Shown piece by piece: positions 1 to 13,166 of a DNA stretch of 64,000 nt (position 1 is its first letter; each line of letters begins with the position of its first letter). The position numbers and the translations under genes are program-made. The DNA comes from Octopus vulgaris. Taxonomy: Eukaryota. The notes under the pieces were generated by a model that saw only the letters and a list, made by a program, of their open reading frames with translations, ran no database searches and was not told the DNA's origin. The stretch is taken from the NCBI GenBank assembly GCA_951406725.2, contig OX597835.1, positions 49,910,001 through 49,974,000 of the forward strand. Reading direction: 5' to 3'.

Positions 1-441
1 TGTGTTCCTCAGATAAATGTGCCCTTAACATAAGTCTCAGGCAGAAGGAGCTGACATAGTGGAACAACAGATACAATCCATCCAACCAGCTCAGAAACAG
101 ACTCTGTCTACCCATCATCATCATCACCATCACCACCACACATTGAATGCAGATAACATGCGAAGGTTCGGGAGGAACGAAGCTGGTATGTTCTGCTGGG
201 GATGCATGTGTGACAGATCATTGGTATATTGAGAGAGAAGTTGAGCATAAGAGGAATTAGATGCAATGTACAAGAGAGGAGACTGCACTGGTTTGGTGAT
301 GAAGATGATGATCATGATGGTAATGAGGACAATGATGATGATGTTGAAAACAATGGTAACAAAGTTTCCAAGATGAAATTGAAAATGATCACCCACATGG
401 ATGCACACAAACTTTGCAAAGACAAGATTTGCATACAAGAC

Positions 442-478
<37 letters not shown>

Positions 479-555
479 GACAAAAACTTTAAAGGTACCA
501 TTGAGTTTGCAGAATGTATAGAAAGTGTTTAGAGTGTATAGTCGCGATTACATAC

Positions 556-719
556 CGGGATGCTTTCACACTGCTCCAGAAGTGTGCGATAAACCGAATT
601 CCATTCAGAGTGTGTACAGACAATTTTAATGTCCATAGGGGGCAACACTACATGTTTTTCCATCAGGAGTTCCCGAGGGGCTTTCATGAGGAAACTGTAG
701 ATCTTACGGAGAAGAAAAC
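556..719 (-). CDS. EXD2: EXD2-like 3'-5' exonuclease, coding exon 2 (gene continues off the left edge)
   Basis: Acceptor TTCCAG, donor GTATGT; phase 1 joins exon 1. Reads (G)FLLRKIYSFLMKAPRELLMEKHVVLPPMDIKIVCTHSEWNSVYRTLLEQCESIP, resembling from memory the EXD2 segment just before the ExoI motif (human VVTVSQEAEWDQIEPLLRSELEDFP-VLGIDCEW). Catalytic motifs are outside the window. Confidence 0.7.
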
Positions 720-2029
720 CTGGAATTGGAAGATGAAGTAAGACAATAACAACAACAGCAACAATAAATGCAGTGTGGAAGGGAGAGGCAAGTATAATCG
801 ATTAGATTATCTTCAGTACTTAATCTGTAAAAGGTTTATTGACACCAGGACAAAAGACAAAACCAACTTTGGCAGGATTTGAACTAGGAACATAAAGGTA
901 TTTAATTACCACAAGACCTTTTTCTCTATTATTCTTATGATTCTGTTTATCAGCTGCTCTAACAACAACAACATATTAACATGTTAGCATTTAAACTGGC
1001 CTGATCCAACCTCTCACACCTACTCTACAATGTTAGTCTATAAAAATATACAGTCACATCATCGAAATCTCAAGACTACAAGATAATAGAGGATAAATTC
1101 AAATCAAATGTGAATAAGTAAAATAGTCAGAATGGGAAACGGTTAAACAGGAAAATAACTGAGAGCAGCAGAAAGTAAGATGGTAGAATGGTGCTTCCTT
1201 TTATAAGCCTGGGAAGGATGGAAAGATGAGGCTGACGAGGACAGGATTTGAACACAGAATGTAAAGGATCATTCCTCTAAAGGACATCAGACATTTTATC
1301 TGAAACTCTATTGACATTTCTCCAAAGAAGTGGAGATAAATCTATAGAATATAAGGAGGAGGAGGAAGAGGAGGAGGAGGAGGAGAGGAAGAAGAAGAAG
1401 AAGAAGAAGAAGAAGAAGAAGAAGAATCATTTCTACTATAGGCACAAGGCCTGCTCTCTCACTCAATCATAATAATAATAATAATAATGGTTTCAAATCT
1501 TTCCACAGGGGCAGCCATTTTAGGGAAGGGGATGAGTTGATTACATCAACCCTAGTATTTCACTGGTCCTTAATTTATCAGCCCCGAAAGGATGAAACGT
1601 AAAGTCAACCTTGGTGAAATAATAATAATCATGTTTTATCTTGTACTTGCTTTAATCATTAGATTGTGGCCATGCTGGAGCACCACCTTGATGACCTTTT
1701 AGTCAAATGAATGAACCCCAGGACTTTTCTACTGATTTCTTTTGCAAATTCACTAAGTTACAGGGATGTAAACGCACCAACACTGGTTCTCAAGTGGTGG
1801 TGGGGACAAACACAAACGCACACAAATATATATGACGGGCTTCTTTCAGTTTCCATCTACCAAATCCACTCATAAGGCTTTGGTCGACCTGAAGCTGTGG
1901 TTGAAGACACTTACCCAAGGTGTCACATAATGGGACTGAACCCAGAGCCTTGTGGTTGGGAAAGAGGCTTCTTACCACACAGCTACACCTGCACCTAATA
2001 ATTCTACTAGAGACACATCATCAACAATA

Positions 2030-3180
2030 TCATCATCATTTAACATCTATTGTCCATGCTGGCATGGGTTGGATGGTTTGACCAGGGCAACCTGAGGAGT
2101 TGCACCAGACTCCAGTCTGATTTGGCACAGTTACTATGACTGGATGCCTTTCCTAATGCCAACCACTCTGAGTGTGTAATGGGTGCTTTTTACATGCCAC
2201 CAGTATCTGCCACAACAACTATTTCACTTGGTTTGATGGGTCTTCTTCTCTAACATAATGCCAAAGATCTTGAGGCCCAACGCTTGAAAGGTGCTTTTTA
2301 CATGCCACTGGCATGGGTGCCGGTTACATGACTGGTCCAGCATCAGCCATGACAACAATTACACTTGGTTTGACAGGTCTTCTCAAAACATGATGTGTCA
2401 CCAAAGGTCTCAGTCACAAGTCATTGCCTCCATGAGGCCCAAAGTTCAAAGATCATGCTTCACCACCTTATCCCATGTCTTCCTGAGTCTACCTCTTCCA
2501 CAGATTCCCTCCACAGTCAGAGATCAGTACCTCTTTTCACAGCTGTCCTCGTTCATACACATCACAGGATCATACCAGCGCAGTCGACTCTTTTGCACAC
2601 CATATATGATGCCTTTTATGCCCAACTTTTCTCTCAAGATGCTTACACTTTGTCCTGCATGCACACTGACATTGCACATCCAGTGAAGCATGGTAGCTTC
2701 ATTTCTTTAAAGCCTACATATCCTCAGCTGTTTCAGCGCATGTTTCACTGCTGTGTAGTATAGCTGTTTACACACTGGTATCATACAGTCTGCCTTTCAC
2801 TCTGATGGAGAGGTCCCTTGTGGCCAGCAGAGGTAAGAGCTCTCTGAACTTTGTCCAACCTATTCTTATTCTCACAACTACGCTCTTGGAGCATCCACCT
2901 CCACTACTAACTTGGCCACCCAGATAATGGTAGCTATCTACTACCTCTAGCTTACCCAACTGGCAGTTGATGGGGTCTATTTTCTGTATATTTTCAGTAT
3001 TTAGTGCATCTTTCACACACAAAATCTATCTTCCCTGTTAACCTTCCTTTGATATTGCCACACCTCATATGTGTCCATAGCTTACACAAGGCACATCTTA
3101 TGGAGTTTCTATCTATGCCTTTCCTACAGATCAAGCAGGGTCATCTACCTGAAGGTGATTTGCCTGCTCTCCTACTTACA
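2030..3180 (-). mobile_element. Degraded RTE-clade LINE 3' fragment
   Basis: ORF 2768..3022 (LEVVDSYHYLG..RIGWTKFRELLPLL) matches the RTE copy at 36843-38567; same 3' UTR and (GAT)n tail. Confidence 0.85.
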
Positions 3181-3760
3181 CAAGGCTTGAAATTTTGGAG
3201 AAAGGGACCAGTCAATTGTATTAATCCCAGTGCTCAACTGGTACTTATTTTATCGACCCCAAAAGGATGAAAGGCAAAGTCAACCCCTGCAGAATTTCAA
3301 CTCAGAACATACAGATGGATGAAGTGCCACTAAGCATTTTGCCTAGTGTGCTAACAATTCAGCCAGCTCACCACCTTGGAAATAATAATAATAATAATAA
3401 TAATAATAACGGATTCTTCTAATTTTGGCACAAGACCAGCAAATCCTGGGGAGGGGTTAAGTCAATTACAACAACCCCAGATTACAACTGGTACTTATTT
3501 TGCAAAGGATGAGAGGCAAAGTACAGATGGACAAAATGCCACTCAGCATTTTGACCGGCATGCCCACTGCCTAAATAATAATAATTCTTTCTATTATAGG
3601 CACAAGGCCTGGAATTTTGGGGGAGGGTACTAGTCAATTACATTGACCCTAGTGCTTGACTGGTCCTTATATTATTATTCCCCCCCCCCCAAAGGATGAA
3701 AGATAAAGTTGACCTCAGTGGAATTTGAACTGCGAACATAAAAAGCTGGACAAAACACCA
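3180..3760 (-). mobile_element. Tandem copies of tRNA-headed SINE family B
   Basis: Repeated GGCACAAGGCC..ACTGGTACTTATTT..GAAAGGATGAAAGGCAAAGT..GAATTTGAACTCAGAAC units separated by (AAT)n; B-box-like GAGTTCAAAT on minus. Confidence 0.75.
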
Positions 3761-4917
3761 GAAAGCAATTGGTCCAACCTGCTCAGGACACAAAGCCAGC
3801 AGAATGGGTTTGTTGGGGAGAGAAGATTACATCAACCCCAACAGCTCAACTGGTACTTTACCAATGGAAGAGAGGGTAGTGTTGAGTTGTAGGAGTAGTG
3901 GGTTGTTACAGGTGGGTGCACACACAGTGCTTCTGGAACTCAATTTCGCTGAGGTGGGCAGGTCTTCTCAAGAACCCCATGTGGCCAGACATATTGGTCC
4001 TTTTTTGCCAACAGAGGTAATAACTCTCCAAACTTGCACCATCCTATTCTTATTCAAGCAACAATACTTTCAGAACATCCCCTGCCATTGCTAAGTTGGT
4101 CATCTGGGTAAAAGAAACTGCTACAACTTCAAGGGAGCCTCCTGAGCATTCGAGGGTTTCATTCCCATGCTTCCTTAGGGCTTATTGCGATTTGCCACAT
4201 ACAATTACCTACTTGCAGTGTCTTTGAGTTTGTCTCCCAATTCACAACTAGTGTTCACAGCCCCATAATTTAGCAGCTTGGCCATAGAGAATCTACAGCA
4301 CTAATTTGTATGAGGGAAGAATTTTGTAAACTATACTTTCTAAAGCTGAGGGCACATCATTGAATAGTGAGAAGGCAGTGCAGTGCAGCACCCCCCCTTA
4401 GCGACGGGTATGTTGGTCTGTATCTGCTGTGATTCGAAGAATCCAACTCGCCACACACAGTCTCAACACTCATTCACTTTGCAGGCGAGAAGAATACAAC
4501 ACAGTGAACAAGTTCTTCACTTTGGATAATTTTGTATACTGTTTAGCAGAAGAGCAATCTTCTATTTCACGATAGGATTTGTTTTTGTTTTGGAGGGTGA
4601 TGACTAAACGAAGGTAATTTTTTTTACTATAACACCCGTTTCACGAGACTGGTGTAATCTCTGATCGGCGGGCCTTCGGAATAGCTTTCATGGAGAAGAA
4701 GGACGGTTGATTTAGCCTGTGAAAAAATATTTTGTTTTTCATGTGCCCTTATCCGGCATTTTTTTTTACCTCTTCTTTCTCCAAGACGTAGATTCACTAT
4801 ATATCAGAATCTTCTCCACAGGGTATAAGAATTTCAGTTGCAACCGTCAGAAACAGAAACGTGTAGTATTTTGGGAATGTCATCAGGGCCCAGAACCCCA
4901 GTATGCAAATCGTAAGG

Positions 4918-5100
4918 CAATGATTCTCAAATGGGGTCCATATGGCCCTTGAAGGTCTTTATAAGATTTTATTGTTAAAATTTATGCGCATTTCTGATAT
5001 GCACAAAATATCTGAACAATTTTCTTATAAAAATTCCTAGTAAAATATAATCAAAAAATATAATAGGACTTTTTAAACATGGTATAGTTTTGAGAGACCA
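4918..5100 (-). mobile_element. Partial hAT-type MITE (same family as 18439 and 62217)
   Basis: Reverse complement of the 62217-62470 element (GGGGTCCATATGGCCC..ATAAGATTTTATTGTTAAAATTT). Confidence 0.6.
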
Positions 5101-5671
5101 TCCGAATTCTATGGGAATCAAAGGGTTCATAGTTTTAAAAATATGGTGGAGAAGCCCTGTCTTAGGGAGAAGGGTCTATGGTGAGAAAGGAAGCGAGGAA
5201 GCGAAAATGCGAGCTGGACGACATCAAAGGAAGGACCAGAAGAATCCTGGATTAATACATAATAATAGCGAATGACATGAATCGGGAGAAAGAGACGGGT
5301 TCCTGTGTTTTTGGTCCTCAACAATGAAAACGATAAGACACAGACTGGAATCACTTGCTTCATCGAACTCACTTTCTTTTACTTTTCATTTCTCCCTCTG
5401 GAATACTCAACCACATATTCTATGGTATTTAACAAGTTTAGTTTTGGTTCTTCGCCAAACCGACGCCAGATTCATTTTCTTGGAGGAATTCTGGTCGAAG
5501 GACCCCATATAAACCCTCATAACTTTTTCATTTTTTGAAGCTTTTAGAAATTTTTTTCCAATTTCTCTTCTACCGACGGGAATTCATAGGATTATGGAAA
5601 TGAATGATTTAAAGGCGATTTGGCTGTTGTTTCCAGCACACCCGTAACGCGTGTATGAAAGTGTTACTCAC

Positions 5672-5759
5672 CGACCATCTTTACCAGGAAAGCATCCAAA
5701 GGTCTGTTGAAAACCTGATTGCAGAGGTAATTGGAAGTTTGCCGGTAGAAATTGACCAT
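5672..5759 (-). CDS. EXD2: EXD2-like gene, coding exon 1
   Basis: ATG at 5759, MVNFYRQTSNYLCNQVFNRPLDAFLVKMV+G, then GTGAGT donor; 88 nt (phase 1) splices in frame to 556-719. Confidence 0.65.
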
Positions 5760-5819
5760 TGCTTCGGGAGAAACGGTTTTGTTTGTTACTCCGTGTAAAC
5801 CGACATCGCACAAAGACAG

Positions 5820-6012
5820 GGACACACGCACACACACACGCACACAGTCGTAAACACACACACACGCACGCACACACACAGTCGTAAACACACACACACA
5901 CACAGTCGTAAGCACACACGCACGCACACAGTCGTAAACACGCACACACACACAGTCGTAAGCACACACGCACGCACACGCACGCACACAGTCGTAAACA
6001 CACACGCACACA
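5820..6012. repeat. Compound (CA)n microsatellite punctuated by six CAGTCGTAA motifs, upstream of the EXD2 ATG
   Basis: CAGTCGTAA recurs at about 5845, 5879, 5903, 5929, 5953 and 5989 between CA/CG runs. Confidence 0.9.
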
Positions 6013-6613
6013 CTTGAATCATTTCATTCACGATTATCTCCCTTCCTCCATGCGTCTTCAAGAAGGACAGAGAGAGGGGGAGGCGGTGTCGGTGTAATCC
6101 ACAGTTATCTCCTCTTCCCTTCCCCTTCCTCCTCCTCTTCTCCGAAGGGATTTCCTTTTACACAAACAAAATCCCTAAGTTTTCGCCAGATTCTTTAAGA
6201 TCAAACTAAACTCTCTGCTGTACGAAACTGTTATTCATTTGATCGCATCTTAGTTTTCGATGGCAAATGCAAGCTCGACGGTGAACTCTACCATTGTCCC
6301 CTTTTTTTCTATTTCCAGTTGAGCTTTCTGCAATTAAACACAAATACGATAGGGTCACATATATGTAGTATAGTGAATGGAAAGGAAGAGAAGCCTACAT
6401 AGATTGGGGTTATCCAATTAGTAAATTCCTTCTACGGATGCTTCAAAATCTAAAAACAGTAAGCAAAGGGATATGTGTGTCTGTGTGTATTGATTTGACT
6501 GCTATTTTCTGTATCAAAATATGTTGATTCAACAGAAAAGGTCGGCTTTGTAAACTGAATTCAACAATTAAAGATGTGACTTTTTTCTATCCGTATTTTT
6601 GTTTGTTTGTTTG

Positions 6614-6668
<55 letters not shown>

Positions 6669-6749
6669 TAAAACTTATATAATCTTAGATGAAAATTGGC
6701 CCAGACCAAGTCTAACTTAAGTATCCCTCGATAGGATCTGTTAAGTCAT

Positions 6750-7480
6750 TTTCAAGTCAAGTTATATGGAATCATGGCCTCCTTTGAGTTGTTGCTGACC
6801 AGGTCTAGGCGGCTTGGTATCCGTTGAAGACATTTCTCCTGATATCGTTTGGTGGTAATGGACTCATTTGCTTCTTTGATTTGCTTTGAGATATTGTGAA
6901 ATAGAGAAGGATCTGTTGAGGGAAAGAAATTATGTTGCAGTGAATTTATGTATTGTGAGCCTGAATTGTGTAGGGGGCATATGGGCACGCGGTCCCAGCC
7001 TTGGATGAATTCTGAATTTGATGTTAAAGTCGTTTAGGCAAATGATGGAGCGCTCGCGACGGCATTGAAGAGAATAAAGTTTCGATGATTTAAGGTTGTC
7101 CCAGATAATGCTCTCTCAAGTTGCATGTTTTGTTTGGCGCGGGTATACCCCAGGGGACAGCGGTATTCTAGGTGTGGCCGTACAAAGGAGGAAAAAGGGG
7201 CAATGATGATATCTTGTTCTCTGAACCGGAAAGTTCTGAACATCTAGGAATTTATCCTGAGAGCCATATCGACTTTATTATTGATATGAGCTCTCCAGCC
7301 GAAATTGTCAACAATTACTCCTAAGTCCCTGATATTAATGGATGTTATGAGTGGTTCCACTGAAGGAAGAGAATGTGACAGTCAGAGTGCATTCTCTTTT
7401 GCGAAGGGCATCAATTCAAATTTCCCCTCATCTTACATCATATCGTTTTTGTCAGCTCATTGGCGGCTAAACGAAAGAAA
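6750..7480 (-). mobile_element. Degraded CR1/L2-like LINE 3' fragment
   Basis: FRTFRFREQDIIIAPFSSFVRPHLEY resembles the post-RT region of the CR1-like copies at 24257 and 45541. Confidence 0.65.
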
Positions 7481-8055
7481 ATATGTCGAAGGATTTGCTG
7501 AAGTTCAGAAATATGACACCAGAGTTCGAACCTGGTCCCTACATGATTGATGTGATGCAAACGCTGTGTTAGGCAGTTCCTGCTGCGGCGGCGAAAGCCA
7601 TGCTCGTTGGAGTTTAGATGATTATGATTCTCCAGGAAGCCAGTTACTTTTTAATCTCACTACCAGGAGATAAAATTAGTTGGGGTGCTGCTTCGGAAAA
7701 AAATTAGCCGTTGTTTTTATATTGTGTAAAAGGAAACAAACATATAAACAGAATATTTATACATAAACTTGATGGGTTCGTGTTTTAGCCACAGCCGGGG
7801 AGTGTGTTTAATTTGTTCACTAAACATCGCCGCGAATTCCCTCTTGTTTTTCAAAAATCCCCAATATATCACAAAATAAGATGGGGGGAAGAGAATCTGC
7901 CCTATCTTTCAAATCCTGGCAGCAACACTGAAGCTGGAAGCAGGATAATAATCTGATTCTACACTTTATCATATTCAAGAATATAAACACGTTTTTAAGC
8001 ACAACACACGCGGAGTCAAAAAGAAACACTACCTTTCACTCGGCACTGTCGTTCA

Positions 8056-8516
8056 ATGGTTTCCCTTCATGGCAGAATTAATAGTCAAGACTTTTTAAAC
8101 ATTTTATCTGACCAAATTCATCCTGTGGTTGCGGAACTGTTTCCAGAGGGAAATGCAATCATTCAGGATGATAATACACCAATTCACGCAGCTAAAGTTG
8201 TTATTTAATGGCACGAGGAACATTCTAGTGAAGTTGAACATCTTATCTGGCCACCACAGCCCCCAGATCTCAATATTATTGGACATTTATGGTGCATTTT
8301 AGAAAAACAAGTAAGGAGTCGATATCCTCCACCATCATCACTTCAAGAACTGGAGACTGTTTTAGCTGAAGAATAGACAAAAATTCTTTTGGAAACAATT
8401 CAAACTTTGTACGAGAAGAATTCAAGCTGTAATTACTGACAAAGGCGGTTTTACCCCATATTAAAATAAATTTGTTTGAAATTTTAAGGTGTTTCTATTA
8501 TTTTGTCCAACCCCTG
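8056..8516 (+). mobile_element. Tc1-type transposon, 3' half with right TIR
   Basis: Reads ..IIQDDNTPIHAAKVV*WHEEH..WPPQPPDLNIIGHLW (Tc1 QDNAP/WPxxSPDLNPIE motifs), ends KGGFTPY*, then ..GTCCAACCCCTG|TA. Confidence 0.85.
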
Positions 8517-8869
8517 TATATATTGTCTTAGCATATTTAATATTGTACGCGTCATTCGTTCAACCCCAATATAACACCACTCATTATAAATAACTTGGAG
8601 GACCTTGTTTGGCAAGCAACAAGCGGGTGGATACCCGCTTGTTGCTTGCAAAGACAGCGGGAAATTTCTTTGTCCTGTCAAAAGATTGAATGGTTCCACT
8701 TGATCCATGACCTCGCTGTGTCACGTGGGGGGTTCGAATGGACAGCAAGTGAGCTACATTAGCATAAGCTGTGCATATAATGGCATTTCCATCTTTCTTG
8801 CTGGAATGTAATTATTATAAATGCCAGCGCTCTGTAAGCGAGAAATCAGAGAGAATCTTAACCGCCACA

Positions 8870-9100
8870 CTGTGAATGAGGCAGCAGTCTGAGGAACTGA
8901 GCAGCAACAGTGGAGGTAGCAACAATGAAGGATGACTTCTTCAGTGGTGTCACCCAACAAAAAGAGAGCGGAAGCCACAGGTCACTGAAGGACAAGGCCC
9001 AGAATTTAGGAAAGACCTGGTTGGAGACCAACCCCAAAGATCTACTGACAGATGCTGCCTTCTTGAGTGAGCAAGTGTTGGTGGACTTGTTCATCCTTTC
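8870..9100 (+). mobile_element. Possible hAT transposase C-terminal remnant
   Basis: DDFFSGVTQ..WLETNPKDLLTDAAFLSEQVLVDLFI resembles the region preceding the hAT dimerisation motif; truncated before that motif. Confidence 0.4.
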
Positions 9101-9222
9101 CAAAATGCAAGAAATTTTAGACGAAATATGTTACAACCTATAGAATTTTCTCAATAAAGCCAAGAGAAAATGATGTTTTATAAACACATTCTACCAGTAT
9201 ACGAAGTTCAAAATTTTTTAGT

Positions 9223-9427
9223 TACTCTTTTACTTGTTTCAGTCATTTGACTGCGGCCATGTTGGAGCACCGCCTTTAATCGAGCAACTCGACCCCGGGA
9301 CTTATTCTTTTGTAAGCCCAGTACTTATTCTATCGGTCTCTTTTTGCCGAACCGCTAAGTGACGGGGACGTAAACACACCAGCATCGGTTGTCAAGCAAT
9401 GCTAGGGGGACAAGCACAGACACACAA

Positions 9428-9482
<55 letters not shown>

Positions 9483-9648
9483 TACGACAGGCTTCTTTCA
9501 GTTTCCGTCTACCAAATCCACTCACAAGGCATTGGTCGGCCCGGGGCTATAGCAGAAGACACTTGCCCAAGATGCCACGAAGTGGGACTGAAACCGGAAC
9601 CATGTGGTTAGTAAGCAAGCTACTTACCACACAGCTACTCCTGCGCCT
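9223..9648 (-). mobile_element. tRNA-headed SINE family A, near full length
   Basis: Head AGGCGCAGGAGTAGCTGTGTGGTAAG..GGTTTCAGTCC, core CCTTGTGAGTGGATTTGGTAGACGGAAACTGAAAGAAGCC, internal TA/TG microsatellite. Further copies near 1630, 14200, 36060, 43035, 46768, 51460 and 51940. Confidence 0.85.
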
Positions 9649-10221
9649 GAAATTATATTACAAAGTGCCGATAAGAGAGCATAAATGGGTTTTCGTCTTT
9701 TTTGAATAAGTCTAAGTCCGTTGGCTACAGTAGATGGGGTGGGACAATAGTCGTGCTGATGACGGTTACTGAGCCCGGAACACATGCAACACCGTTCTCT
9801 CGTCTCCAAACAATAAACTCGTCCGTCCTTTTCCTTGATGGTATGTTAACTTTGGAGAATTCTTCTCAAGTGGAGCTAGTTTTAATTACTATTTAGTAAT
9901 TATAATGCACCCTCGAGGGGCAGAGACGATTTTGATTAATCAATAATTAATGTTGTGTGGTCTTTTGGTATATTTGTATGTTTGTAGTTCAAATACACAC
10001 CACTGGTCATTTTGAGTTATTTCTCTTAGCTCATTTTTGCTTTTATATATAAATATACACGCACGCGCACAAACACAAACATATACACACACGTATTTAT
10101 ATTTACTAATTGAAACTATTTTGGCCGAGTAAAACTTTTGAAGACGACGCCCCAGCATAGCTGCAGTCAAAGGAAAACTTGACAAAAAAAAACTCAAAAA
10201 GGAGAAGGAAAAAATATAACG

Positions 10222-10293
10222 TTCCCATGCCGGGAATCGAACCCGGGCCGCCTGGGTGAAAGCCAGGAATCCTAACCACTAGACCACATGGGA
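10222..10293 (-). tRNA. tRNA-Glu (anticodon TTC)
   Basis: TCCCATGTGGTCTAGTGGTTAGGATTCCTGGCTTTCACCCAGGCGGCCCGGGTTCGATTCCCGGCATGGGAA: 72 nt, paired acceptor, anticodon and T stems, A/B boxes, downstream T6 Pol III terminator (about 10209-10214). Confidence 0.97.
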
Positions 10294-11995
10294 AGTCACG
10301 ACAATGACGTTTCATTAATGCTATACTTGATAGGTATTTCTAGCCTGCATTCAGTCTTCCTCGCTGCACCTTTTTTCAACTCCTACTCAGTCATGCCTTC
10401 CACAACTTCTCCTTCCGCAACTCTCCTTCATTCACCAACTCCTCCTCCTTCTCCTCACTCCCATTAGTATCTCTACCTTCTTCTTCTCTCAAATGATGTT
10501 TCAAACACTCGTCTTTTTTACTTTCTTACTCTCATTGCTTATTCTTTGCCTTTCTTCCATTCATTCCTCTCCTTCTCTCTCTCTCTCTCTCGTCTCCTCT
10601 TGTCATCATCCTCTCTTTTTTCTCGTCGTCGTCTCGTTCTCTCTCTCTTTATTTTCTCTTCTTTCTTCTTTACTCTCTCCCTCTCTTTCCTATCCAGGAC
10701 ATTTCAAAAGTGCTGTTGTTGCTGTTGCTGTCGTTATTGTTGCTGTTTTAGCGCTTGTTGCTATTAAAATAGAGATAATTTAGCAACCTTTCGATAATTA
10801 TTATTTTTTTTTACATTTTGGTCGGTGCTGATGAAACAAGACTTGAGTTCGAAGACACTCAAGTCTCGACAATCTAGTTTTTTGGGGGTTTTTTTAGAGA
10901 CGATAAAGGTTTGGTCTGGGATATATCTTGTTATTTCTAGCAGGTCGAGCGACTCGGTTGAGGACCCTTTTCTACCGAGACTTACCAGATTCTTTTCGGC
11001 TGTTTCTCCGCGACAACACGTCATTCTTTCGACAGACTACCTCTTAGTAAATATCACCCGCATGCTATAGATGGAGATAACATCGCCGAAATCTATGACC
11101 CCGCTACAGTTTCGATCCTCGGTGGTGGTGGTGGTGGTGGTGGTGGTAGTAGTAGTATGTTATCTTTTATATTTTGCTTGTTTCAATCATTAGACGGCGG
11201 CCATGCTGGGGCACCGCCTTGAGGAATTTTAGTCGAACGAATCGACTCAAGTACTTTCTTCGATTTGATTGTACTTGTAATTCAAAGCTCGACCCTTGTA
11301 ATGTAATGTCATGATTTTAGAGTTCCATTACGAATACATACCATTCGGCTTGATAGACAAAAACTGCCAAATTTCCTTCCTAGCCAATACTAAAGACCGA
11401 AAGAGAGCATCGGTTGGTTTTTAACTACAGGCCAACTCAGTGAATGTTGAACTGAGGTGAAACAAAAGCTGCATCAATCCAAAGTGCCAAAATTCGTGTA
11501 ATGGGCGGCCGTTTAGTTAACATCAAACATGATAAAGCAAATGAGCAAGTGGTCATTGCCGGGAGTGTCTTGGGTCAGATGTCCAATTGATAGCAACAAA
11601 AAACAATAACAAAAAGGGGCAAAATGCATTTATTTTTGTGAAGAGAACATTTTTCTATTTTTTTGCTCGGTGCAGCTTTCAAAAATTCCACAAGTTATAT
11701 CCAAGACGTTTTTATAACAAATTAACCAGAGTAATTAGTCTTTATAACAACTTATCTTAGTCACCATTGAAAGCAGTTAAAGGTACTTTGGATTTTGTTT
11801 TTTATCTCAAATCTAAACAAGAAAGAATGGAACTTCTTCAAACTTGCCATTTTCATTTATGCTTCTCTTCTATAGAAATGCCTTGTCACTTGGCAAAAAT
11901 TCTCCAAATTCTGAATCTTGTGTTCCTTCTATTTAAGAGTGAATTTAAAGATTCTTAATAAAATATGATAACGCCTGCATAGAGCGAGGAATCGG

Positions 11996-12189
11996 TTAAG
12001 AGAATCGGTTCCGGTGCGTTAACACTGTTACCCCAACAACAAAAGCAGTGACAACAACTGGACCAATGATGAGAGAATGGTTGAAAACTGCTTTTCTTAT
12101 TCGAACCAAGTACGATTTTATACTGTTTCCCAAACTCTTAATGATACCGGGCTTAGCCTGCGCTGCTGGTTCATCGTTGACAAGCGGAG
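11996..12189 (-). CDS. Orphan gene A, terminal coding exon (C-terminal hydrophobic anchor)
   Basis: Polypyrimidine acceptor TTTCTTTTTCCAG; phase 1; (A)PLVNDEPAAQAKPGIIKSLGNSIKSYLVRIRKAVFNHSLIIGPVVVTAFVVGVTVLTHRNRFS*. Confidence 0.75.
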
Positions 12190-13060
12190 CTGGAAAAAGA
12201 AATGGAAAAAGAGACATTGAACATGGATCACAACAAGAAATGAGGCAACAATCAAAACAGAAAACCAAATTGGATTAGATACACTTTCACTACTTACAGA
12301 AAAGGGCCAAGTTACAATTGCCAGGAGGCCAAACTGCTGCCAACCATGCCCATCACTAAGGGTGTGCACTGGACAGTACTGCTCCCCACACTCCTCCCTA
12401 TTCAATGGTGTCCCCTCAGATTTACAGTGATACACTTATTTCGAAACTCCACTTTAGCAGTATTACAAATTAATGCCCTCCGAATATTCTGAAGCATCTC
12501 CAGGCACCAAAGAATGGTAACAGGCCTGCAACATCACCTTCTCCAGGTAGTCTTGGGAGTTCCATGCCTAGTGATATGCAAAGACGTAATGAGACTGACA
12601 TTGGACAACACCCAAGGAACTCAGCCTCTGTCCTACAAACAGTTTTAGATTTCCCATTGTTATATACTCTCTTTTAACCCAATGAGAAAAACTATGTGGT
12701 TGTTCAACCTGCTAGAAATAGCAGCTGCCTTCAAATAATACTCACTCATAAAGAAAAATTTAAGAAAACAAAGACATAAACTTGGCATTATTTTTAAAAA
12801 TGGAACCCTTTTGTTACCATATTTCTGTTGAGATGTTCTGTGTTTATTTCACTTTTAAAAATAACAAAGAATTTAATAAAATAACTTTTTAAGTTTGTGT
12901 TAGGAACATAAATTACAACTAAGATTTGGTGGAATATTTTAATTCTATTTGAAAACAAGACATTTGTACAAGAGAGTCAGAGACAAGTGAGAGGTAGGTT
13001 GGTACCAAAAGGGTTAAAGAACATAAACAAGGGCAAGCGTCACAAGTGGAACACATTTGG

Positions 13061-13166
13061 TCAAACTTTTATTCACTCAGCCATAACCAAGGCTCAAACG
13101 TTTATTCACTCAGCCATAACCAACGCTCAAACGTTTATTCACTCAGCCGTAACCAAGGCTCAAACG
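13061..13166. repeat. 33-bp tandem repeat, about 3.2 copies
   Basis: Unit TCAAACGTTTATTCACTCAGCCATAACCAAGGC. Confidence 0.9.

Noticed and set aside
514-741. Plus-strand 75-aa ORF
   Set aside because: Antisense shadow of EXD2 exon 2, which has proper splice sites on the minus strand.
10839-10866. 10-bp hairpin AGACTTGAGT/ACTCAAGTCT
   Set aside because: Isolated and short; no supporting context.
10764-11024. 86-aa minus-strand ORF as a third orphan paralogue
   Set aside because: No signal peptide, no hydrophobic tail, no shared motif and no convincing exon partner.
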